Shown here: positions 49,301 to 53,427 of the stretch, in pieces
Layout of the letters: each line of letters begins with the position of its first letter
Numbering within the stretch: position 1 is the stretch's first letter
Source of the DNA: a virus
Virus record (IMG/VR): IMGVR_UViG_3300045988_115163
Direction: 5' to 3' (one strand)
Length of the DNA: 64,000 nt
Translations under genes and position numbers: made by a program
Notes under the pieces: model-generated
The model's input: only the letters and a program-made list of their open reading frames with translations
What the model was told of the DNA's origin: nothing
Database searches by the model: none

Positions 49301-49756
49301 GGAACTATCCAGATGTCTTCGCAAGCGAAGTTTATATGGATATCCGGTGGAAACATTGCTGCATCCGGTGAAGTATCCGCTGGTTCTACTTCTGACCGGA
49401 ATCTAAAGAAGAACTTCTCTTTGGAAGACTATCAGCAAAGAGTACTAGACCTCGGGATGGTACAAGACTTTGAATATCGTGAAGAAGAGATGAAGCGTGC
49501 AGTCCGGACTTATAAGCCCGGACGACATACCTCATTAATCGCACAGGACATCAAATCTTGTACTTCAATGGTGTCCAAAGACAAAGATGGATATTTGAAG
49601 ATTAATCCGCTAGACAAAGAGTTCCTCTTCACCGTTGTAGGTGCGGTTCAACTCAATGTCCTTGGATTGCGTGAGGTGAAATCCGAAGTTGAAATATTGA
49701 AAGATGAAATAAGAGAGCTAAAAAAGAGAATAGAATATTTGGAAAGTTTAAAGTAG
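34286..49756 (+). CDS. giant modular tail fibre or tail-tip protein (5156 aa)
   Basis: Uninterrupted ORF with fibre-type repeats: KLGTATVGS..P.YLNAG, ATKLQTART..G.SFNGTAN, and ATDATSTTAA..GG.G..KQLRVGG. It also has Ala-rich helical tandem repeats and a C-terminal S74-type chaperone domain. Confidence 0.85.
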   Translation: MSKQLVKIFTYVDGVNDTPFPNEENQLIIPEYSFSDIRMGSVNLTATAMYPTCLDDKWVTGKQYADFRGERYFIVKTPSSSKSNDDVRYKHDIEFVSERNILETIYFYDVVSDNTSVDRYVSNSTKVLFYGDVHELVARLNYSLEYSQVSYRVVVDAGITSEVKQVSLEDVFVFDAIQEIFNIFELPFYFVGKTCHVGFTDNAITHTFRYGKDYELLSINKTNANYKITNRVTGTGSSDNIQFYYPNPSNDRAEIEAAGGKWITPAGTLMPPIYRDTDGAERFYNAINKRYINPETGEYYVFENEFTTASQKEQIVTFEDIKPTIKNTLNAAGLRIDEIIDVAFDKDDNDEVDESTGDYVHSYFYVKLNRFSGDYGFNLFEQPIVGSDASIVMTSGNCNACTFQIGVIEVEEDGKTVFKNPVQVDKNGNIAEGNYADKVKPNNIQANQQDTTQNEVWIALKKDNTTFGMVMPNKNGNIRPSYGDSFVITNIDMPQTYIYKAENELEEAILKYMANNNSEKFTFSIKLSRIFLAENPAIEALINSSARIDLEYNGKYHQLYVSSYTYRSDSEVLPEITIELADTLTISKNSIQTSIDSVKQDIMNTIGGVDFLKQGLKYFLRKDTEDIARFFISFLRGIKIGNYVSGGDIGGIFAVDGNGKTFIETDFLKVRMKAYFETLEIINTGSIAGRQIITPGGSIKCIKVVDREEIINEDGEKEEKVWNFYRCYFLAEQDGVKVENRFRKNDQALSQDFNIKEGVYENVSNHYYWRLVVGVGDDYIDLSKTDADTKSDAPAIGDVICQLGHRDDKVPERQNAMIFSAVDLYSPSLTMYAGINSYSYVNKDYISYGVDKTTNKAFMNVYGDTYIGDRNRTSYMEFKTGKGLKIKGQLEVGSTIGNGSTIEGALDKATQDAIDAATEDLTNYAKEVTEILNNIQYQIDGQIESFFEKYSPTLTNKPAVDWTTEELKKQHANDTFTNIDTGESWKWVKDGTTWKWSVIEDTATLKALAAASKAQDTADGKRRVFVAKPTNEQVYDVGDLWVNATYGTTYHNDILRAKTAKKAGEAFNISHWELASKYTDDTKANEAAEAAAAAQEAAEQAATAVDNLNTYVDGAFKDGVIEESEAQAIEKYINIVDNAKKTTDAAYTKLYANTYLTGAAKTGLKSAKDKLDIATTNLINSINTAIADGQTTVAEKNDVDAKFAAYNTANEAFSTAVEVANGAIQDLLKSYSDQAKEAAVAAQAAADAAQAAADSASDAVDDLNGYVDGAFKDGVIDEAEAKAIEKYINVVNGSKAATDATYTKLYSNKYLLGTAKENLKTAKDKLDVATTALLTSIQSAIADGKTTAEEKAAVDTKYADFNKANEDFNTAIEAANLSIQNMLKSYADAALAAAEAAQTSADAAKTAADNAAGAVGDLNDYVDGAFKDGIIDASEAQAIEKYINIVNNTKGEVKATFDKLYANVYLTGAAKTGLNSSYTALNTAITNLLNSINTAIADGKTTASEKADVDLKYASFNTAYASFNTAVETANKAIQDKLKTFADDAKALAESAQAVADAAKDRLDSWAEDGVISPTEKQGIKDEIARIKADKDNISAGYELYNLGEATAYNTAYTDYYNSLLVLSDTTKETIEIPTDFATKQTKYYTERTAALNAIASASKSAVDAAQAAADAAKSRLDSWAADGVISPAEKQSIKDERARILADKADITTGYTRYNLGTPTDYNTAYTAYDTALAALSKDTPEVITIPSDFATKQKNYYTKRTAAISAIDAATKSNADAAAAAAAKAQEDIDNVKTDINKINSDVAGLKNFTDDAFADGVVDRGEASAIGAYLKSIATVKADVDKSYTEVYANPLLAGTAKTTLNTTYTAFGKAVEELTTVIEAVVEKGIADATDRASVNGKYDAFNTKYGAFIAALNAANTYIQDQIESKAENALTEAVSYRYLKKAFSEYTIIEGGLVQNSLNVLGYTNDKKEFVVQAGMNGIYDASQTHGGIAAWYGGSMKDYFDYTDLDRPKDVAKGVDRMDGTGYRANGNLWWDENGEVHADPLSFFVGTETVGGLLASFQVVMTNKKPDYLIPKVPFQDLTISNNLTVGGDIILKDGILKWDAANNAFYVEKKDGSIASFYATGEVSAGGAGSGGSGGGGGLIENVYGSSSLGDEFSDSDLNNTFNAYSINQIYLDVKNLKSGAAVSLVVNGTGTVLTNIVKTGSTITATKGNLAFSSLTSKPTTIAGYGITDAYTKTQADGKYVLKSGSNMTGTLNWVGADANIYPILLGTNHYIGIDGSAGSSMLHWDGTRTHVGSLNGSVAIRSNATDLIHNYNGTGYIILDARNYNNYAPKKDGTGAGGNWAINVLGWAHRLHQALGNKTAEQVFTDNGVYYYQVSSAEDTGYPTDYGHGLMLQKSSGDTLTSSQAVLDIFTPTSGTNLVYLRTGIGNGTKITWQAFQQILHTGNYTSLITKLGTATVGSTVKPFYLNAGVPTAFTTTVGSASLPVYMNAGSITACSTTLGVSITGNAATATKLGTATVGSNTKFFYLNAGTPTASNASIGTGTHPIYLNGGVFTASTSTVGSASRGIYMTGGLLTAMSATVGSASLPVYMNAGTITQCSTTLGVSITGTAPRLTTTELTNQDLNSYTYTNYSGKLYYAGGSNTTTNVPSGVGAYGLMVWRIATGYTGHLMFDSAGDFRARFHNGTTWSAWDKLAYITDNVASATKLQTARTINGTSFNGTANITTANWGTARNLTIGGAVKSVNGSANVSFSLNEINAAYGRNVTYTGTTTAQGWYRLASTGQNINTTNSLFFISVTVSGQHSTFLLQVSTNYGNNPSLIQLGGSNYSTASIDQFRLVYHTTYSGHYGYLEVRSRGAMTDATFNVFLVGRANTTWTLSTALTAGSIPEGYTSKTLTPASASIVAPTFRGALVGNVTGNVTGNLTGNASTATSLQTARTLWGQSFNGTANITGTLLGVESLVARSGRINNFLGYFDYSGNPATGTICITLPNGWTSSMNIYEIWIYEYNTTANASVITIGAYNYNGGGTASSAKWVNIGYHTKGAYSKGVRLAYNGSKCVILLGTTATKWYCPKVYLKTIYTGHGNQTIWGGTSTISLITSETGYTNIDTPARMDEFFGDTSVTGRLAVTGAGHFGYTYTTMTAGINVKGDSATTGISIYDGTGNTARLYRKGDILYITRGGNDNAGLLMNTAGSIYPGTNNALANGTSSNRWSNVYTQLLNVAGLATTSRILASDEIQSTSAKAFRAIYGSYGFFIYNDGNSSYFMLTAKDDQYGTYNSLRPLYINNSTGVVTMENGTNIRGILNVTNTTEATATTVAAIKTAGGIGVAKQLRVGGAVTFSSTLSVTGQITASGGLRIGNYYLKSTADGLALTHVTTGTVANFYATGEVSAGGVGSGGSGGGGGLIENVYGYSKLNGEYKDTDLNNTFNAYTIAQINKRVVSLEGGSALTVTTTGSGNAVTSVAKSGTAITVTKGTTFVDITNTQTIGGTKTFSSSIRMGRSSLHYVNNSTSNNATGLHWKTANYAATQFGIGCFTTNNASPRGFIGWTSEPWNVANSLTVSETSLTYKGNAILHAANYNTYAPTKTGGGASGSWGISITGNAATATTATKLGTATIGAANKPIYLNAGTPTALSSTVGDSTVPAYLNAGTVTACSWGLAGASGKRARKSGYITSSTSGLASYWGKIASFNWGDTSNGRDITLYIHSAFNSLWGTVVIRTRWSSATSTVIDFRIINGNIPTSRLRLYYDVSSKDNAVTLWGDVASQWGVFNTYVLSETTRTSTEIGDVTLYTTSFTTAQTVPTSTYKEPTYLTIRNNAATSDVADKLGTSTVGSGIKPIYLNAGTATASTSTVGAANKGVYLSSGTITAMSSTVGSTTVPVYMNAGAITVCSTTLGVSITGNAKTATTLQTTRKIFSQPFSGAGDVAGQAFVYGTYQETASSRYSNGGLQIRENGLVGDKQTADGYAPAIGFHWENRIGASLILTTSGFKFMNYAFTGYQNVYGIFKGNADSATQVYSTLTNPTTGTWYVIPFHTGASTTNKLLLNNNGIQYYSVEGTASAQGEALIQIGNSTATGTAGNKRGRLRLYSSSSGWADFTLTATTGNYTLTLPAATGTVALTSSNVASATKLQTARTLWGQSFNGTANVSGSLTGVGNITASAGINIISTGENNIGILRGGSDATAVVLNAIAFKPYDAATNKLNLGTSTARWLGVYANIGNFSSTVTGTRFISTVATGTAPLTVSSTTVVTNLNADMVDGIHSSNIPLEYDASYKPTGTTARWIRIAYFDYSSASYSWSGTFAITNTYENDENKGLIFTVSTAHGTTSPVITQIGGSGGVFTSIRIVKDTTTVYPTTAKVYLEVYYNSTSAANNVYVSYKPANRAIGKWTLYTTYTAGSIPTGHTAIAQLYTTSGLSTTANLRVQGVAVILGATNHNDRLDIQSDGKIVPHSTATRRSGVYGVYDSAKIGHIWSMGTNYMIADDGSGFGNLYGFAYQYSSSLRAIGHQAVWCVNGNPSVAIGYNFWVANAATIGDTLTVTGAGSVNTLTIKNTEAVGHLKFSRGSFNYITAPASGTIAFIVNGQAVGEATADLIIQNGVLKAGAANATALGQDTCRWSNMYSVLLNVSGVATLSSTVNIAGVLNANNATDATSTTAAGAVFDGGVGIVKQLRVGGNVTIGGNVTFATSGLLSVPYSGGQWISLATRTNLIAGNQNTSEASAHALYRVKSFAGDAVVFGGLKNSIGFYGFYKARIDSGDNSYDWRTVWDSTTGKLLHSKAFEVSGAVTFRSTLTVASTGLFNLSTDATSTTAAAVRIVGGLAVGKQLRVGGAATLSSTLSVSSTLNVSGVVNANNATDATSTTAASLVCDGGVGIVKQLRVGGATTLSSTLSAAGIVSFTNATDATSTTAAAVKVTGGLGVAKQLRVGSNAVFTKGIYINGNTTGDESITLGTSGDKKIKMGAGGSPGTRWSEIAFFPNFANNGGFTDINLNIQAEGTIQMSSQAKFIWISGGNIAASGEVSAGSTSDRNLKKNFSLEDYQQRVLDLGMVQDFEYREEEMKRAVRTYKPGRHTSLIAQDIKSCTSMVSKDKDGYLKINPLDKEFLFTVVGAVQLNVLGLREVKSEVEILKDEIRELKKRIEYLESLK
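37546..38940 (+). repeat. three tandem 465-nt (155-aa) Ala-rich helical repeats inside the fibre gene
   Basis: The motif (D/G)xLNxYVDGAFKDG(V/I)I recurs at 37601, 38066 and 38531, an exact 465-nt period. A degenerate fourth copy lies near 39650-40090. Confidence 0.8.
38941..39625 (+). repeat. two tandem 342-nt (114-aa) repeats inside the fibre gene
   Basis: RLDSWA(E/A)DGVISP(T/A)EKQ(G/S)IKDE recurs at 38975 and 39317. Confidence 0.75.
41665..42150 (+). repeat. array of about 20-aa VGS..P.Y(L/M)NAG..T fibre repeats
   Basis: About six consecutive units. Similar clusters lie at about 45148-45290 and 45793-46040. Confidence 0.7.
49391..49753 (+). other. C-terminal intramolecular chaperone / autoproteolysis domain (peptidase S74-like)
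   Basis: S-D-R-N-L-K has the Ser...Lys(+5) dyad spacing. It is followed by NF..EDY...GRHTSLIAQDI...DGYLKINP and a terminal coiled coil. Confidence 0.7.
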
Positions 49757-49807
49757 TTCCATATCTTTGCGACACATAAGCAATTTTGAAATGACAATGT
49801 TTGATTT

Positions 49808-49846
49808 ATCTCCCCTGTTTGTGAAAATAGGGGAGGTATTTTTTAA
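49808..49846 (+). terminator. rho-independent terminator after the fibre gene
   Basis: Stem CTCCCCT / AGGGGAG followed by TATTTTTT. Confidence 0.6.
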
Positions 49847-50066
49847 GAGAAGCTACTCTTACTAATGGAAAGGTAAGATATTAGATGATAACTGTGTCAC
49901 CATCAAACCTAATATATTTAATAAAATTCAACATATAGTTTTTTTTTAAAAAAATTATGCAGGGAAACGCCCTGTTCGTTTTATAAGTCAAGGGAGTCTG
50001 GCAAAAAAATCCCTTGACTTTCATATGAAAATATTTTTAATATTTCAGGAATATGCCTGCGTTATA

Positions 50067-50104
50067 AAGTGGAATGCTTTGCAGAGCATTCCACTTATTT
50101 TTTT
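50067..50104 (+). terminator. strong rho-independent terminator in a non-coding region
   Basis: 12-bp perfect stem AAGTGGAATGCT / AGCATTCCACTT followed by ATTTTTTT. Confidence 0.65.
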
Positions 50105-50137
50105 GATATATAATTTTGATATCCGGCAATTTATATT

Positions 50138-50145
50138 TATATTTG
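50138..50145 (+). promoter_or_regulatory. candidate -7 promoter box (TATATTTG)
   Basis: TAnnTTTG match 32 nt upstream of the ATG at 50177. A second match, TAATTTTG, lies at 50111-50118. Confidence 0.3.
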
Positions 50146-50176
50146 CGTTCAGTTTATAAACTTAAAAACTATCATT

Positions 50177-50494
50177 ATGGCTATCGTAGCAGAAAAACTT
50201 AATTCGATGAACGTGAGAATCGTCACGAAAGACACCACCGACTATTTTATCGAAAGTAATGTAACATTCACTGACAATGAGCTTGGCGCATTTGAGAGTG
50301 GTACAGTCAAGACTCTGGATAAGAATACCGACATAGCGTATTTCAACAGTAACGGCTCGTTTACCGTAACGTTCCAGAACGTATCCGACTTTACGGAAAT
50401 GGGCAAGATTATGACTGCCATTGAAACGTACATGACCGAAGTAAAGACTTTCGACCCCACCACTGTTATGCCGAAAGCTAAAACAGGTATCTAA
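50177..50494 (+). CDS. hypothetical protein
   Basis: ATG ORF of 105 aa, downstream of the fibre gene. Confidence 0.5.
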   Translation: MAIVAEKLNSMNVRIVTKDTTDYFIESNVTFTDNELGAFESGTVKTLDKNTDIAYFNSNGSFTVTFQNVSDFTEMGKIMTAIETYMTEVKTFDPTTVMPKAKTGI

Positions 50495-50539
50495 CTAACC
50501 AGTATATATATAAATTAAAAAACTTAATTATTTTTTATC

Positions 50540-50809
50540 ATGGAAGGAAAATGTAAGAAAGTTGACTTTACCAAAGTAGCCGTAGAAAACATTGAAGGAA
50601 AGGTTGAGTACATCGACTACTCCAAGCAAATCGGCAATGTAATCTACAGCCAGACTAAGGAATTGGGAGAGGTGGAACTAGCTCGGGACATCTACAAGAA
50701 CGGCATTGTAAACCTCACCAAAGAACAATGCGATACAGTGATGAAGTATTTTGGCGACCAACCGTATTTCATCAAACATGCTTTTGAAATGGCGATGAAA
50801 TTTGACTAA
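50540..50809 (+). CDS. hypothetical protein
   Basis: ATG ORF of 89 aa. Confidence 0.5.
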   Translation: MEGKCKKVDFTKVAVENIEGKVEYIDYSKQIGNVIYSQTKELGEVELARDIYKNGIVNLTKEQCDTVMKYFGDQPYFIKHAFEMAMKFD

Positions 50810-50870
50810 ACTGTGTTTGTGTGAATAATATTCGTATTTTTTGATTTTTGATTCAAACCTCTTCTTCTGT

Positions 50871-50911
50871 AAAAGCCCTGCGTCAATCTGTTCCGATGCA
50901 GGGCTTTTTTT
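50871..50911 (+). terminator. rho-independent terminator abutting the left inverted repeat
   Basis: Stem AAAAGCCCTGC / GCAGGGCTTTT with a T7 run. The T-tract overlaps the start of IR-L. Confidence 0.6.
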
Positions 50912-50957
50912 ATGCACAGACTCTAACATCAACAAGTGGGCGAGGTACAAACCGGTA
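50908..50957. repeat. inverted repeat, left copy (IR-L, 50 bp)
   Basis: TTTTATGCACAGACTCTAACATCAACAAGTGGGCGAGGTACAAACCGGTA is the exact reverse complement of 53290-53339. Confidence 0.9.
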
Positions 50958-52259
50958 TGTTTACCTACTGTTCACAAAAACGATACTTTCGATAATGATA
51001 CAAAAATGTGGGGAGAGGTTCGTTCTGATGTATCTACTTGGGATAGACCTTGGTTTTATGGTTCTATAGCGTATCCGGTGTATATTGTGCCCATAATAAG
51101 TAGTCTTAGTGATTTAGGAAGTAATGGTTCTCCTAATGAAGCTGCAATATGGAAATATAATCCTCCATTTGGATATCCACATGCTCCTTTCCGAATGACA
51201 GATTTTTTAGGATATAATCACAATGCTTTCCCTCCTGTATATGTTCGTATGTCTGACCAAATTATAATTAATGGTACTTATGATACAACCATTGAAGAAT
51301 GGGGAACAGATAAAAGGTCGGGAGAATGGGAGTTTAAAGAAATATTAGAAGTTATAAATACCAATACACAAGTATATGCCGGTATTGCGATTAGAAATAT
51401 TACTAGAAACGTTCTAGTAGGATATGTAAAAACAGAACCATTAACAGGCACTCTAGCGGATTATGAAAATGGTGTTTTCCGTTTAAATCCAGCTAGCGGT
51501 TCTCCAATTGCAGATGGCGGATTTGGGCATAAGGTATATGCTAATGATTTAATAGATGTCTACATATTCCTATCTGTTTCTCCCGGAGAAACAGATGTTG
51601 ATTCAATGCTAAAATACAGTGCCTATGTAGATTCTGATTCAGAGTGTTATAAAAGATACATAGTTGGTCATAACACTATTACCGTTGTTGTAAAATACGC
51701 TTTTGCTGAATTGACAAGTACTATACAACAATTTATTTCTGGTAAGGTGTACTATGTAAATGACAATGATTATGGTGGAGATGGAAGCGTCTATAAAGTT
51801 ACTAGCTATATTGAAGCTCTTTATGGTTCTGTAAATATAGATAAAACTCCTAATAGTGATTATAGTAGTTTCCGTATTTATCTTTCTGGTGATTGCATTG
51901 GAACAAAATCAAATGGAGAGACATTCTATTCATCGGCTGTACCTATAATTACATATCTAACGAAAACCAATGGAAATTTCAATAATGCAAATTTCAAATA
52001 CACATTGAATGGAACAGAAGATATGAAATTCATTGGGTATAATTCTGTAAGGGATGCACAGTCACAGGTTAACGGTACGGAATTTATCGGATGTCCTATT
52101 TATGATAGTATTGAATCCAACAATGTGGATGCAGATAATGTTGGAGTATTATCACAAAGAAGAATTGAGCTTAGATGTAGCGCAGTAAGTAGCAAGCAAT
52201 ACTATATGATAAGTATGCAAAGCAAGAATGATAACAATGTTGTTACTATTTTACCTTAA
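50958..52259 (+). CDS. silent alternative C-terminal cassette of the RBP-like gene (no own N-terminus or ATG)
   Basis: Homologous to 52303-53427 and 54215-55492 (GYPHAPFRMTDFLGYNHNAFPP versus GYPNSPFRMRDFDGYYHDSTP). Upstream of IR-L there is only terminator sequence, and the track start is a TTG inside it. Confidence 0.55.
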   Translation, partial: CLPTVHKNDTFDNDTKMWGEVRSDVSTWDRPWFYGSIAYPVYIVPIISSLSDLGSNGSPNEAAIWKYNPPFGYPHAPFRMTDFLGYNHNAFPPVYVRMSDQIIINGTYDTTIEEWGTDKRSGEWEFKEILEVINTNTQVYAGIAIRNITRNVLVGYVKTEPLTGTLADYENGVFRLNPASGSPIADGGFGHKVYANDLIDVYIFLSVSPGETDVDSMLKYSAYVDSDSECYKRYIVGHNTITVVVKYAFAELTSTIQQFISGKVYYVNDNDYGGDGSVYKVTSYIEALYGSVNIDKTPNSDYSSFRIYLSGDCIGTKSNGETFYSSAVPIITYLTKTNGNFNNANFKYTLNGTEDMKFIGYNSVRDAQSQVNGTEFIGCPIYDSIESNNVDADNVGVLSQRRIELRCSAVSSKQYYMISMQSKNDNNVVTILP

Positions 52260-52262
52260 ACA

Positions 52263-52298
52263 TATTCTAAACCCATCGAACTCGATGGGTTTAGAATA
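52263..52298. terminator. perfect bidirectional hairpin between the two cassettes
   Basis: TATTCTAAACCCATCGA-AC-TCGATGGGTTTAGAATA. Confidence 0.6.
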
Positions 52299-52302
52299 CT
52301 CA

Positions 52303-53427
52303 TTATAACCATTGTCCGGTTTCAAAATTAAACTTTCTGGTAAATATATTGCCAGCATTGCCTACGGTTTGAACGCCTCTTATGGATATTTCCCAAATGG
52401 CATTATAGGTAGGTAAGAGTAGATTAGTTCCCGGGTCTACCATAAATGCAGCGGAAGAAAGACCTTGCACTATTTGTACTTTTGAACCATATTCATATAC
52501 ATCTCCGGTTTCTTCATCGGATATTTCTATACTCATGGTAAATTGCAATTGACCACCATATTCATTTTTAACCGTTCCGGTCATGTAATAAATCTCATAT
52601 ACATAAGAACCGCTAACCAAGTTCTTTTGATATTCTATATTTAAGGTAGTTACTGAAATATATTGTGCAATAAAATTATATGTTTCTAATAAGACTCTTT
52701 TATGTCCCTTCCCTTCTTCATATTCCAAATAGTACATACTATTTACTTCTATAGGTGGGGTTTCAGTAGGAGCACCAGTAAATGAGTATTGGCTCAATAT
52801 AGCATACACATCTACTTGCTCACCAGCCAGCCATGTATCCCTAACAGGAATGGTTAAATCTTCTGGTGGAAACCATTCAGCAAGAGTTTTTTTAGTCGTC
52901 TTCCATATTGTACCTTTAGTTGGATGAACCACCAATAAGCCGGGAAACCAAGATACTTCATTGCCGTAACTAAATAAATCAAGCATTTCTATATTACCTT
53001 CTTTCCATGAAGTAGCATAATCATCAAATGCAATTATGACATAGTTATTGCTATCCGCTTTATTTAGATAGGCCTTATCCGGTATTCCTATTTCAATAGA
53101 TGGTGTAGAATCATGGTAGTATCCATCAAAATCTCTCATCCTAAATGGCGAATTTGGATATCCTTCTGGACGTTGATATATCCATGCCATATTAGAACCA
53201 ATAGAGCTTGTATTTACAAATGGAATAGAAAAGCCATATTTTACTTTTTTCCGTTCTTCTTCTGTAATCGGGCTGTACGTTTTGTACTTTACCGGTTTGT
53301 ACCTCGCCCACTTGTTGATGTTAGAGTCTGTGCATAAAACACCTACTTTTCTTGAACTGCTACCTATAGCCTGACCAATGTCTTTAGTGGTGACAGGTTT
53401 AGTAACAATACCATTACTATACCCCAT
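52303..53427 (-). CDS. RBP-like / tail-fibre-like protein, currently expressed variant
   Basis: ATG at 53427 after AAAGGGGGTG. The first 29 codons lie outside IR-R. Paralog of 54215-55492. Confidence 0.6.
   Translation of the reverse strand: MGYSNGIVTKPVTTKDIGQAIGSSSRKVGVLCTDSNINKWARYKPVKYKTYSPITEEERKKVKYGFSIPFVNTSSIGSNMAWIYQRPEGYPNSPFRMRDFDGYYHDSTPSIEIGIPDKAYLNKADSNNYVIIAFDDYATSWKEGNIEMLDLFSYGNEVSWFPGLLVVHPTKGTIWKTTKKTLAEWFPPEDLTIPVRDTWLAGEQVDVYAILSQYSFTGAPTETPPIEVNSMYYLEYEEGKGHKRVLLETYNFIAQYISVTTLNIEYQKNLVSGSYVYEIYYMTGTVKNEYGGQLQFTMSIEISDEETGDVYEYGSKVQIVQGLSSAAFMVDPGTNLLLPTYNAIWEISIRGVQTVGNAGNIFTRKFNFETGQWL
53290..53339. repeat. inverted repeat, right copy (IR-R, 50 bp)
   Basis: Exact reverse complement of 50908-50957. 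Encodes (V)LCTDSNINKWARYKPV in the same frame as IR-L. Confidence 0.9.

Larger units (their letters stand above)
50908..53339. other. putative invertible DNA segment (RBP C-terminal cassette switch)
   Basis: Bounded by perfect 50-bp inverted repeats. Contains two convergent paralogous cassettes separated by a bidirectional hairpin. Confidence 0.6.

Noticed and set aside
34360-49356. Many short minus-strand or alternative-frame ORFs inside the 5156-aa fibre gene
   Set aside because: These are shadow ORFs of a repeat-rich Ala/Thr/Gly gene. None has start context or continuity with its neighbours.
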